Source: Asterias rubens (lineage: Eukaryota). From it: DNA of 64,000 nucleotides. This document shows, piece by piece, positions 11,501 to 23,201 of the stretch. Made by a program: the position numbers and the translations under genes. The stretch lies in the NCBI RefSeq assembly GCF_902459465.1, contig NC_047065.1, positions 19,282,001 to 19,346,000 of the forward strand, read 5' to 3'. Every line of letters starts with the position of its first letter. Positions within the stretch are counted from its first letter, which is position 1. Under the pieces are notes generated by a model, which was not told the origin of the DNA, did no database searches, and saw only the letters and a list, made by a program, of their open reading frames with translations.

Positions 11501-13888
11501 ATTCCACTCATCAAAACACATATATTAGTGACAAAAGCTTTATTTTGAAAAAATACCACTTCCAGGTGACTTTAAGCGATTGCTACATTTTGTGTTTTCA
11601 TAAAAGACTAGGGCCCAATTTCATAGAGCTGCTCAGGCAGAAAAACAGCTAAATCACAGCCAAGTTACGCTTATCTGAATAACGTTACCAGCCAAACTAC
11701 CTCACATGTACAATGTGTGACTAGTAATCTGCTCATTTCTGCTTAGCAGACAGTTTTTAAGCAATATTTTTTGCTTAAGCAGCTCTATGAAATTTGGCCG
11801 TAGTCGTACATTAATAACACTAACAGCTTGTCTTATTTACAGCGCAATTCCAATAATGATCATTGCGCTTCACAAAAAAAAAACGAAAAAAAAAGGGGAA
11901 AAAAACAACAACAACATTATTTTATTAATGTTTTTATTTATTTAAAGATGTTTATACAGGATACAAAAATCAGCACAAGAGCTGTATTGCATTATGGTCC
12001 TGTGTTATAAAAAAAAAGAAAAAAAAGAAAATACAAATACAAACAGTCAGAGTAAAAAAAAAAAAAAAAAAAAAAACAGAAGAACAACCTGAGTATTTTA
12101 TTTAAAATATTAGCAGTTATAACGCACTACACTGATCATATTGGGATAATAATACACTCTGTCAGTGGTGAGCTCCAGAACGACAGCTTGGAATTTACGT
12201 CATTATAATTCAGTCGATACATAGGTATTGATTTTTGTTTATTCCCCTAGACTCTTTATGCCCCCCGGACGTAAACAAAACACCCAGCTTCTAAACATAA
12301 ATGCATGTCACCTTTATAATTAAAACAGAGTGGATACCTCTTCGGTCGGTCGATTGATGCACAATTCATTTTGACGAGTATGTGTTTCAGAACTTAATTT
12401 GAAAAATATTTAATGACTAATTTTTTTTTTATTAAATAGCAAACTCAATTGGGGTGTGTTTGTGAGTTGAGACTGTTTTTAAATTCAGTAAATTTATTAT
12501 CGCAGTGATAAGCAATTCACTTGGTTCATTTATCAAGTATTTTGGATTATAAGTAACTTCATATATTATTGAGGCCGATTATAGTAATATCCATAGCTGT
12601 CTAAATGACAATTATTTATAAGCAAAACGAAAGAACTTTCGGTTTTTAGTGATAAATGTAGCATACACTTTGATTTTTGTTGTTGTTGATATAATCATAA
12701 ATATAAAATAAAATAAAATTTGGGAAAAGTGTTGAGCCTGAGAAAAGCCGGTGCGAAGATACCACAACGGTTCTTTTACGAACCAAAACTTGTATTTACC
12801 AAAAAAAGAGACTAAACAGGTTCTTATCAGAACCAAAACCGTCCCCCCCAAAAAAAAAAAAAAAAAAAAACCAAAAAAGAAAACACCTAACATCTTACTT
12901 GTCATTAAAACGGTTATCAAGTAAATAGCTTACACTGTACGGATGTAAAAAATATCTCGAGTCATTGTGTATTACGGGACTCTTAAAGGTACAGGACACT
13001 ACTGATAATTACTCAAAATAGTTGTTAGCACAACAACTTACTGGGTAACTGGCACTGGAGAGCTGTCGATAGTATTACACATTGTGAGAAACGGCTCCCT
13101 CTGAAGTAACGTAGTTTTGAGAAAGGGGTCATTTCTAAATAAAAGGTTTCAGCTGCATCCTTTTGTTATGCATCTGAAAGCACACAATGTTGTGCAACAA
13201 TGTTTTTTTTCTTCTTTTAACTTCGATGATCACTTGAGCCAAAATGTTCACACGTTTGTTTTTGTACGCATTGTTTGGATACACCAAGTAAGAAAATAAA
13301 CTGGTCTCTGATAAACCAAATGTGTCCAGTGCCTTTAACGCAAGAAGCAGGCCTAAGCAATTTTGCAATTCCCATCTTCATAAATAAACTGCCGATGTTT
13401 TGTCACTACTAGGCAATTTTGCAATTCCCATTTTCATAAAGATACCTGCTGATATTTCGTCGCTATCAAGCAATGCTATTTTGACTCTATCAGTAACTCT
13501 TAGAGTGTATATATACATATTTCTTTTTCTCCATTTCCTATCCTCAGAGGGGAAGCACTTTGCAGCCCTGTTCGACTGCAAACTCATCGAGACCTCCGCC
13601 GCTATCTCCCACAACGTCGAGCAGTTATTCCACGGCGTGGTCCGGCAGTTCCGGCTCCGGAGTCGTCTCAAGTCGGACGAGGAGGAATCCGGGAGCAGGG
13701 GTAGCATGGACTCCACTGGGAAGGTCAGTCCATGTAGACAGAGCATCGCTTCGCAGAAGAGACGGAGGTCGTCCATGCTAAACCGAGCACGGGGGGTCCT
13801 AGAGAGAATACTTAGACGTCGGAGCGCTGATGAGCCACCCGGGTATCGCGCACGTTCAAAATCATGTCATGTCATGGAAGTACTATAG
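8498..13888 (+). CDS. RGK: RGK-family (Rem/Rad/Gem/Kir-like) small GTPase, 5'-partial, joined exons 8498-8589, 9785-9989, 13548-13888
   Basis: Three GT-AG exons join in frame (intron phases 1,0,1). Product has YEKTVEIDG, DAYLLVYSVTDRRSF, G4 GNKTD, G5 ETSA, and C-terminus RSKSCHVMEVL* with Cys at -7 (vertebrate Gem ends KSKSCHDLSVL). No G1/P-loop exon found in 1-8497. Confidence 0.92.
9335..9664. mobile_element. Family A variant, fold-back (inverted right arm + internal + right arm)
   Basis: 9335-9470 resembles the reverse complement of the right arm; 9500-9664 is the right arm ending gtatccaatgcct|ttaa. Confidence 0.6.
9785..9989 (+). CDS. RGK: RGK GTPase internal exon, 205 nt: AAFEDKEEQYLSAGDAYLLVYSVTDRRSFKKANELRFKLQRSKETETVPIILVGNKTDLERSREVSFA
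   Basis: Long pyrimidine tract ending ctgaag at 9784, donor GCAG|GTAAGG at 9990; contains G4 NKxD. Confidence 0.93.
10194..10481 (+). mobile_element. Family D Kolobok-like element (TIR AGCCATTGGACAC)
   Basis: ttaa|agccattggacactttcgg ... gtgtccaatggct; interior unrelated to family A. Confidence 0.82.
10996..11571. mobile_element. Family G Kolobok-like element (576 bp) with internal palindrome and two TGACGTCA sites
   Basis: Perfect TIR AGTCACCTGGAA/TTCCAGGTGACT, TTAA on both sides; internal inverted arms 11148-11408. Confidence 0.85.
11611..11799. mobile_element. Family E palindromic MITE (GGGCCCAATTTCATAGAGCTGCT ends); other copies about 5477-5639, 8709-8893, 26860-27080 (decayed), 32842-33086, 56095-56289
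   Basis: Recurrent TIR gggcccaatttcatagagctgct / agcagctctatgaaatt.ggcc and shared core ttaccagccaaact. Superfamily not assigned. Confidence 0.78.
12987..13334 (-). mobile_element. Family A variant, reverse orientation
   Basis: ttaa|aggtacaggacact ... gtgtccagtgcct|ttaa; shared core ttgtgagaaacggctccctctgaagt. Confidence 0.8.
13548..13888 (+). CDS. RGK: RGK GTPase terminal coding exon (EGKHFAALFDCKLIETSAAISHNVEQLFHGVVRQFRL...RSKSCHVMEVL*)
   Basis: Acceptor tttctccatttcctatcctcag at 13547; G5 ETSA; polybasic C-terminal extension; TAG at 13886-13888. Confidence 0.95.
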
Positions 13889-14647
13889 GTACGACATATA
13901 CTAATGTATTTTCTGTATATACTCATTGTAAATACCTTGTAATTGCAAAACCTATTGGAGCATAATGTTTCTGACGTCATGAAGTAATGATATACGTCAT
14001 TTAGTGTTATGAGAAACTGCTTTAATTTACATATTCATGATTAAGTTATAATTATTCCCATTATACCATCTTCAAATGGCTACAATTACATCAATGCAAT
14101 CACTCAGTTGACGATAAGTCAGATTATTTCACTGGCACTGGCTTCCTTTCAACAGAGCCTATTCAAATCGCAATTCACCCACTCCCCTGACTTCTGGTCC
14201 CGCTCATTGTATTACATTACTGATAAAAGAGGCCTAGAAACGGCCCCAATCCCAAGCCTATACCTAGTTTTTAAAAAAGGCTTAAAACAACGACCGTCAA
14301 CTACGGCAATGGATGTTTGCTGCAGCGGTTGAAGAGGCTTCCAAATTAATTTGGTCAAAGCCGTCAATTTTAGTGCCCGGGTCTGAAAAGTCTTTAGAGA
14401 AAAGCTAGTCTGGTCCCTGCAAATAAAATAAAACGAGGTTGCATTATGTTAACCAATCAAACACACCATGTTTTCTTATTAGAACTTCAAATTAGCATTC
14501 TTTTGACAATATTAGTTCAGAATGTAATCAAACTTATTATTAAATTGTGAATTATTTATGTACGGTCGGGAATAATCACATTTAGGTGCACTTATTGAAG
14601 TTCTATTAGAACAGGTTTCATTCATAATGTCAAAGCTGGCTCCACGG

Positions 14648-14790
14648 CTGGCGGTGGTGCAGCAGTTAAATTGCATCACAAGGACTTGCAAATGTTGTGG
14701 GTTCAAATCCCTCAAAACTTCACTGAGGCCCAGTGGTTAGACTGCATTACTTGCATTACTTACTCACGAGGCTGTGGGTTCAAATCCTTC
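14648..14790 (+). mobile_element. Two tandem tRNA-like heads (SINE relic)
   Basis: B boxes GGTTCAAATCC at 14700-14710 and 14777-14787, each preceded by A-box-like tggtgcagcagtt or cagtggttag. Confidence 0.45.
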
Positions 14791-15706
14791 CAAACTAACC
14801 GATGATTTCACAATGACTAGAAAATTGGCGTCTAGTTACTGAAATGCAATTTCATGATTTGTGCAATTCATAATCATAGACGTGACACTAATGTTAGTGA
14901 GAGAGATTGGCTGTTGCCAGCTTGTGTTAACATTCCCTTGTTTGAGTTTGCCGAGTTCATTTGCCGGGAAAATCATATAAACAACCGCTGTACTTAGACA
15001 ACCAATAACCGCAAGAAACGTAAACTTTGTTTGCTGGTGTTCGTTTTGCTGTAAAAAAAAGTGCGGGGAGGGGGGGGGGGAGGGGGCAGTATTTTACGGT
15101 GCCCCTTGGCTTTACTCAATATGTAAATACTGCTAGAGGTTCACATGATTGTAATTCTGAACGGTGTTGTTTTCTTGTTTGATTCTGTCTCTTAAGGTAA
15201 AGTTAATTGTGTTGGGTAGTGCCTTTGTTGTCTGTTAAAAACAAAATATTGGAGGCCTATAATCGAAATTTAACCTCGTTCTCACGTGCTGAATCTAGCT
15301 TGCTCCCTAAGTCTGGATCCTTGTGAATTTTTATGAGTTCATGTAACTTGTTTCTCATCAACACACGAAGGAATTGTGTGTCGAATAAAAAATGATTGCG
15401 AGGCAGAAATAAAAGTATAGGCCTAGTCTCTTCCCAAGTCTTCACTTGTATCTTGAGCGTCCAAACGTTTTACTTAATTCTCGTAATTCGTGTACGACCG
15501 GCTGGAGGCAAGTCCTTGTCACAACTCGGACGTGAGTTGAATTCAAATTGAAGTAAATTTGATCGTTACCATTGAGCTGAACCATTAATCGATTTATTCT
15601 GCATCTTGCCATGGTGTCTTGCCCTAGGCAGCTTAGCGCATGCATTGAAGACATCTCGGCAAGCATTGCGGAAATATTTGTCTTAGATTTGAATGGTTGT
15701 CTTTAA

Positions 15707-15937
15707 AGGCACCGGACACCTGGGTAATTGTCCAAGACCAGCACTCTCACTTAATGTGTCACTACTTGTGCCTATCACAACAAATCTGTGAAAATTTTTA
15801 CTCGATTGGTATTTGAAGTTGCAAGAGAATGGTGAAAGAAAAATCACCCTTGGTGCATTACTTTGTGAGCTTTCATGTGCACAATAAAAGTATTTTATTA
15901 TTATTTTGAGTGAGTTACTCTAGAGGGAGCCGTTTCT
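15707..15937 (+). mobile_element. Family A variant, right end lost
   Basis: ttaa|aggcaccggacacc left end; stops at agagggagccgtttct and runs into the next copy. Confidence 0.75.
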
Positions 15938-16312
15938 CAGTGGACACTATTGGTAATTACTCAAAATAATTATTAGCATAAAACCTTTCTTGGTGACGAG
16001 TAATGGGGAGAGGTTGATGGTATAAAACATTGTGAGAAACGGCTCCCTCTGAAGTTGCATAGTTTTTGAGAAAGAAGTAATTTTCCACGAATTTGATTTC
16101 GAGACCTCAGATTCAGAACTTGAGGTCTCGAAATCAACCTTTAAAACGCACACAGCTTCGTGTGACAAGGGTTATTTTTCTTTCATTATTATCTCGCCAC
16201 TTCGATGACCGATTGACCTCAAATTTTCACAGGTTAGTTATTTTATGTATATGTTGAGATACACCAACTGTGAAGGCTAGTCTTTGACAATCACCAATAG
16301 TGTCCACTGCCT
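15938..16312 (-). mobile_element. Family A element, reverse orientation, terminal bases missing at 15938
   Basis: cagtggacactattggtaattactc ... gtgtccactgcct|ttaa. Confidence 0.85.
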
Positions 16313-19300
16313 TTAAGGGACCGTGACTGCGTGAACCAAAATTCTTCTGTCTTGGTTTCGGGGTTATATTCACACGTAACCATATAGATGGCATGATTTC
16401 AAAATGTCATGTCGGGGTCTGACCGTAAACGTGGTATCTCTCATGAACTGCGATATATGCTAACGGATGCCGGTGAATTATAAAGTGCTATTTTGATAAA
16501 ATTCATGAATTATCAATGTGGCTCTACATCACTAAATTGTATTTCCACTTACCTGCTTACCTGTTCATGTTTGTTGTGTTGTCATTATGCCTTTAAGAAA
16601 GATTCTTCTTTGGTCGAAACGTTCTATTTATTGTTTTCATTTATACAATGTTATTTTGTTTGGTAAATTGTTTGCAACAACTAATCATCTATTTTCTCAA
16701 AAGTGCAACATGAAAACAAGCTTTACACTGTGTTCACGGAGAGAAATGATTTTAAAAATTAATTGGGACTTTCTTATAATATAATGTATGTATCTAGGTC
16801 TGAATGAGTTGAACTGAAAAGTATCGCTGTATTTTGATTTTGGAATCACCTCCTATGTAGTATGACCTCCCACAGTAATGTACATACACAGTGACATTCA
16901 AAACAAAAAAGCATAACCATGAAACAAAGATAGACTCCATAACTCCATTATTTGAGTCGAAACATCAGACCATTAGCTATTTGTTTGCATGCAATCAGCT
17001 ACTTCTATTTTCTCAACAATGAAACTTTTGATTATGGAAGGACAAAGTGATGAGAACGGTATCCTGTTATGGATTGGTCATTAAGAATTTACTAGTTAAT
17101 AAAACCCGCATAACTATCATTGTATTGAGAGAATTAATTACGATTGTGGGTTGCATATAAAGAAGTTTGACTACGGTTCCGGCGCTATACCAACTGAGCT
17201 TTCAGCCCCTGTGTTGGAGGTCTCCATATTGTTGTCAATAATCTGTGTTCGGGAATAATTATGTATATACAATATGTATTTTTCTTCCAAATTACCACCA
17301 CATCTGTATGTGATGGTGATTCTAATTGGCTTGATGCACTTTACACACAAAACCCTCATTGTTCGATGCTGTTCACGCGGAGCTGTTGACGACCAATTTA
17401 ACCAAACCTCGATATCATTAGGGGAAGACAAAATCAATATTATGAAGAGGGGTGACCGGTGTATTTAATGTATAGCGAGTTATTACGTAATCACTAATAG
17501 ATTCCATATAATATATGATATATTTACTACAATGCTGATTATTATCATGCATTAAGAGGATTATGAAAAACTCATCATATAAACAAAAAAATTATGTAGA
17601 CACTATAAACATAATGATAAAATACGTCAACTAAAAGGGTGTTTAAACAATTGCTTCTTAATTATTTGGATTTTGACCAAGTAGGCTAGGTCATATTATA
17701 ACATTACTGTAAAAAGGGTGTAAGTAGTGGTGCTATTAATTTAAATAATATTATATTTATCATTGCGTCATCGCCGAGGTTAAGGTATTGCTTATTTGTA
17801 CATACTATTTGAACTAACTTGTATCAAGCGCTAAAAAAAAAAAAAAAAAAAAATGAATTTGTACATACTTTCAAATTGTAACAAAACAAAATCGTTATGG
17901 TATGTATGACGTCACTTGCTTGCAACATTCGTTGTATTGTATTTTTGGGGGCTTGGTGCTACTATATTGATTGTTACGTATCAAACACAAGGACGAAACC
18001 ACAACAACACAACATTATTCTCTTGATGAATTTTGTCAGTTCATATTATTATAAAGGAGGGCACAGCAATGTTTGAAGTTTTCATTATAAATATGAACTC
18101 TCTTATATTAGGCCTGACTATATACTTCTATAACATAACTTGTATATTCACATTTTTTTTATGAATATTATATTTAATGAAATCAATGTACAAATCTTTT
18201 GAGAGGTAAATAAACTACTGTAATTATCGGTCATGATATAAAACTGCGCCAATTGTCTGCCATGAATTGTTTAAATTAGTATTAATGTTATTATTTGTTA
18301 AGTGTGCACTTGTTACTGTCGTCCAAACAGCGTGCCTGAAAAAAAAAAAAACATTGGAAAACCTGAATTTGCATTTTAAGTTAATTATGCAACAAAGCTT
18401 GCTATGTTTTTATTCGTAATTTGGCATGTTCCTAGGATGGGTGGGACTACGAACACGTAAAAATTTGCGATCGAAAAAAAAATGTGAATCTTTACGTACA
18501 AGAAATTGCAGGCAGTCCCCAAACCAGACGTAAATGTTATGGCTGCTAGCAAACATTCTAGAAGCCAGGGCCTCTAAATCGACTCGTAATTTACTGTACA
18601 TCATTTGATGGTTTCATTATGGGCGTTGCTTCACTAATGTACAACGCTGTGACGTCATACGAAGTACTTGGTCAATCGCTTAGTCAGCCTCGCGGTTATG
18701 ATCCATCGGCTCATGTCCAACAGCTGCTACACTGCTGCAATCATGAACACATTTCATGTAAGCAGACGTTTCGTGCTTACGGCACGGCCTTTAGCAGAAT
18801 TTCTATTCCATAAAGCTGTTTACCGTCAGCAAGGGCAAGTAGCACACGAGTGACGTTACATGCACATCCATGGTGAAAGTGCTTGCGCGTAGAGAATACT
18901 TTCGTAACTTGATAAATCATGGTGAAATACCTTGATGTTACGCACCTTTTTCTGCTACAGTTAATACAAACATTTGCTTTCTGAGAACAGCTTTATGAAA
19001 TGAGGCCCAGTGAACACACAGGTTCATTCCCGTCACAACAAATCCTAGAAACTATGCATCAGGGGGAGTATGGTTAACACAAATCAGTCGTTTTTCCATC
19101 AAGAGTACGTAGGCCTACAACCCATGCATAACAAGTTATTAATTAGTCACCACTCAAGGAGCCTTTTGAATAAGTTGGTGAAGGATGAGACTACAGGCCT
19201 AGTTCGGGATGACCTTTACCTGGGAGAATCGAAGCTGTCGGCCAAGACCTACAGGTTAAGCGTGGAAAAACATGTATATGTATAGTTTTGCACATTACCA

Positions 19301-19990
19301 TCTGGGCACAATTGCAAGGTTCTGCTTACCGCCGAATTATGCGGTTTCTGTGCAAGCAAATTCTGCGCTAGCTATGTAAGCGAAGAATGCATATTAACGT
19401 GGAGTACGCTTACACGCAAGCAAACATTCCCTGCTAACCTTTGAAAATACGCTGGACGTAAGCGCGGAACAGCCTTCTTCGGTAAACGTCGATTCTTTGC
19501 TTACAAGCATGGGTCATGGAACGGTGTTGAGCAGTTTGCCAGTATATGTAGCTAAATGCCGTATAGACTGTCGCTTTTCTTGCAGTGTGCCCGATTTAAT
19601 TATACATGCTTGCAACCACAATCTACAATCGAAAAACAAAAAGTTAAATAACAATGTGTCATTATGAACCAAGGCCACGTGGTCTTGATAAAAATAAGAT
19701 ACAAACATTGTGTAATTACAATAAAAACAACTTCCCACACAATAAGTGTAAAGTTATTTCACCTTTTTGGGCTCGACACCAAGCTCTGTCAATAATCAAC
19801 GATTCTTCCCGCCCAAACCGTTGTCCCAACTAACCACTCTGCTAATAAGTTTTGAGTTAATATTACACTCCTAATAAACAATGTGTAGTATTCTCCTTTT
19901 ACAGGTTTCAAATATTTCTGTTATACAAGCCGACTTTTGGGTTGCACGGGGCAACGCATAATGAAAATTTGTTTTCATAACGGCACTTAA

Positions 19991-20361
19991 AGGCACTGGA
20001 ACACGTTTGTTATCAAAGACCAGTATTCTCACTTGTATTGTGTCCCAACATATGTACAAAATAACACACATGTCTACTATAAACAATTTGGGCTCAATCA
20101 TCGAAGTTGCAAGAGAATAATGGGGGAAAACACCCTGGCTGCAATAGTCTTTGTGCTTCCAGACGCATAACAAAAAGGCTTCATCAGCTGAAGTCTTTTA
20201 GAATTCGAGTGAGAATTTACCTCTTTCTCAAAAACTACGTTACTTCAGAGTTCAGAGGGAGCCGATGTCACAATGAGTCTCCACTGGCTCTCCACTCGTT
20301 ACCAAATACATTTTTATGCTGACAACTATTTTGAGTTAATTACCAATGGTGTCCAGTGTCT
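19991..20361 (+). mobile_element. Family A variant, full length
   Basis: ttaa|aggcactggaacacg ... ggtgtccagtgtct|ttaa. Confidence 0.8.
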
Positions 20362-22110
20362 TTAAATCAATGTGTGGATCCTTAAATTATTATATGGGGT
20401 GGTACTTTGATCAACACGGGACATGTGAATAGTGCCTGGCCTTACGGACCCATGTAAAGTGTTTGATGAGATGAGGACAAGGTTCTATTTCAATAAGTTA
20501 ATGACACGGTAAAGCCATTTTGTCATTAGCTTGTGGCATTATAAAGTGATCAAGCCCGAAACTGAGAGGAGACTGAATGTAGAGCGTGGGCGTTGAGGGG
20601 GAGGCGCGATCTGGAACTCAACCTGGGCCGTGGAAAGCTTCGTTGTCGCCCGTCGACGAAAACAGCGGGCTGTGCTAGAATCAGACTAGCCCTCTGAACA
20701 AATAATAATAATGAATAGATATTCCCTCAGCCTACACCAGTTTTAATTAAACCAAACATACTTTATTCATAGCCGCTTATAGGATGTCAATTTGTGATGA
20801 ATGGGTAGGAGTTGATAATCGACGTTCGCCCCCTCTTGCTTCGAGACGAAATAGACCGAGAGATGTCCAGAAAAAGAAAACATTAAGACACATATCCGTT
20901 GTGTTAATTTATTTCTAAGTCGTAAGTAAGGTACTTTATTTTACCCACACAAATGTTTTCCTATTATTTTGTTTGACGGCAAGAACAAGAAAATCTTTGC
21001 CACAATAATAAATCACGTTCTGGAATTGAAAAGAGGGCGCTATAATATAAAGAGCGGTGTTTGAAATGCATGGTTTTTACTTGAGGGCGCTATTATCCTC
21101 AAATGGTGCTTTGTATCACCCGTAGACTTTAAAGGGTAACAAGTATAGCAGGCGCAACTGGCTTGACCGATTCAGTGGCTGTGGCTGAAAGGTCCCATTC
21201 TTCAACATTGTGTCTGCAGCCATCGGTCAACCGTATCCAAACCTGCTTGATTTGGATACAGTGAAACTCAAAAGGAGGTCAATCGAGGTCACGCAGACCT
21301 GGCCCCTCAGAAAAAACACACACTTCAATACAGAAATACCGTGCATTGTTCACAAACTCATTATCAGAACACAAGGGATTTGCATTGTCGAGGGTCCGGC
21401 CAGTGCATGTGCCCGAGCTCAGCTACCAATATGTCGGCCCGTCGCTGTCAGATTTATGGCAAAATTCATAAGCGTCGACTTCAGTCTCGACCTGCCATGA
21501 GCACTGTGATGAGATTGTCGGTCATCAAGAATATCTGCAATCGTCGGTTTCGGGATTTCCTACCGGACGGCAAGACTGCATATAAATGTAAGTAGACAAG
21601 ATCTGGTCAACCCAAACCTTCAAATTGACATTGAAACAACAACCTTCACTTGCCTATGTCCTGCACATGTAATGTTGACATAAGATTTTTTGAAAATAAG
21701 GGGCCTAAGATTGGTCTTAAAACTGCAAGTCAGTCGTTTGTAGTTGCTAGTAGTGTGATGTCACAATACAAACCAATGGTTATACCATGGAGATTGGTAA
21801 CACGGCGGACAACTTGTCTTGCGAGGAATGTTATTGATTTGTGTATAAAGAAAATTCGCCGTTGGAAGCGCCCTCACGCGGTCAAACATTATGGTATTGA
21901 CCAATAACTCCAAACGTGTCCAGTTTGATTACACTTACAATGCTTTTTTTCTTCTGGATCAAAATGGCAGCATCTTGATTTGAAATAATTGTTTATAACG
22001 GGATAATGTTTATTTCTCTTCAGCAAGTGACATCAATAGTGTACTTTTAAAGCTGTTTTGGGGTTTTATTGTAAAACGTGTATTGAGTTCTAACTCTTTC
22101 ATGGATGTAA

Positions 22111-22355
22111 AGTCACCTGGAAATATAACTTTTTTCTTCAAACATTAAGAGTATAATTATGTTAATGAACAATAAAATAATTTTGTTAGTAAGTGTTTGT
22201 AACGATTTATATGTTTCAAAATAGATGTTTGGGGGTGACTCCGCCTACCCCTTTTGTGACGTCACTCGAGGCAGACTTTGCCTCGATTGAACATTGAACA
22301 CACACACGTACGTGCAAGTACATGCAAGTCCTAGTCGTAAGTTTGTACGTTTCGA
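22111..22355 (+). mobile_element. Family G element, left half only, about 850 bp upstream of the CA8 ATG
   Basis: agtcacctggaaatataa ... gactccgcctaccccttttgtgacgtca.tcgaggcagactttg matches 10996-11250. Confidence 0.8.
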
Positions 22356-22959
22356 AAACATGTTTATGTTATACAGTATTGTCTATACAGTACTGTCTAA
22401 ACAGGGTATACGTATCTAGAAGTCAGTGAAAAAAAAACCAGGATCCCCCTAACAATATTGAACAATGTGCATTGCGGAATGTGGAAGCAAAACAAAATAA
22501 ACGAAATGTGAGATCGTTCTAAGGTGGGCTAGACAACCAACAGAGTAGTTTCAATACAACATTGTTTCCCGAAGTAATAAACAGTTCTTCTTTATGAGAT
22601 TATAATTACGCAGTGAATCGGTCTAAAACGTCTATTTCAACGTCTGTATATAAGAGCAGTCGATGCCGCAACATGCAACGCATGGCTCCTAAAGGTTATC
22701 AGATCACAAACAACACAATAATGATACAGGAACCCGAACTTTGGTGCAAGGGTCACTTTCCACTCCGCATAATCAACACTGCAATCGGGATAAATGAAAG
22801 TAAATATTATATAAACGGGCTGATATGCAAACTGACTATACTAGACTATACAACACGCAGTGTGTATAGGAAACAGCTACTCCAGGCAAGAGCTAAACGC
22901 CTGGCCACAAATACCCCACGACGACAACAAGCAGACGATCTCACCATCAACTCCGCGCG

Positions 22960-23201
22960 CTTTTTGTATCTAACGAAATACCATACCCGGTTCCCATGGC
23001 AACACATAAGAGATGACTTCTGGGCAGTCGCCGGGGTAATCTCATTTTACTTCCGTCGCATCGTCATCTTACGCAGTGTGCATCTCACTGGCAGTCACAC
23101 ACACCATCCGCCTACGTATAGTCCTAAATTTACTGGATTTTCCCGGGCTTTTTTTCCCCGTCTCGCTTAAAACAAAAGCTCACTCATTACACGTGGTCAA
23201 A
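22960..23201 (+). promoter_or_regulatory. Probable CA8 core promoter/5'UTR with RFX X-box GTTCCCATGGCAAC (22990-23003) and ETS-type ACTTCCG (23049-23055)
   Basis: CpG-richer stretch immediately upstream of the first coding exon; both motifs read directly from the sequence. TSS not known. Confidence 0.5.

Noticed and set aside
13972-18657. Extra TGACGTCA sites outside repeats (13972, 17907, 18650)
   Set aside because: Roughly one is expected by chance in 64 kb; three isolated sites with no other support is too weak to call.
19070-19285. 71-aa ORF with a protein-like stretch LVKDETTGLVRDDLYLGESKLSAKTY
   Set aside because: No family recognised and no partner exons.
22613-23170. 185-aa GTG-started ORF ending 31 nt before the CA8 ATG
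   Set aside because: No recognisable domain, overlaps the presumed promoter, no splice link to CA8. Length is borderline for chance; Ribo-seq or conservation would be needed to revive it.
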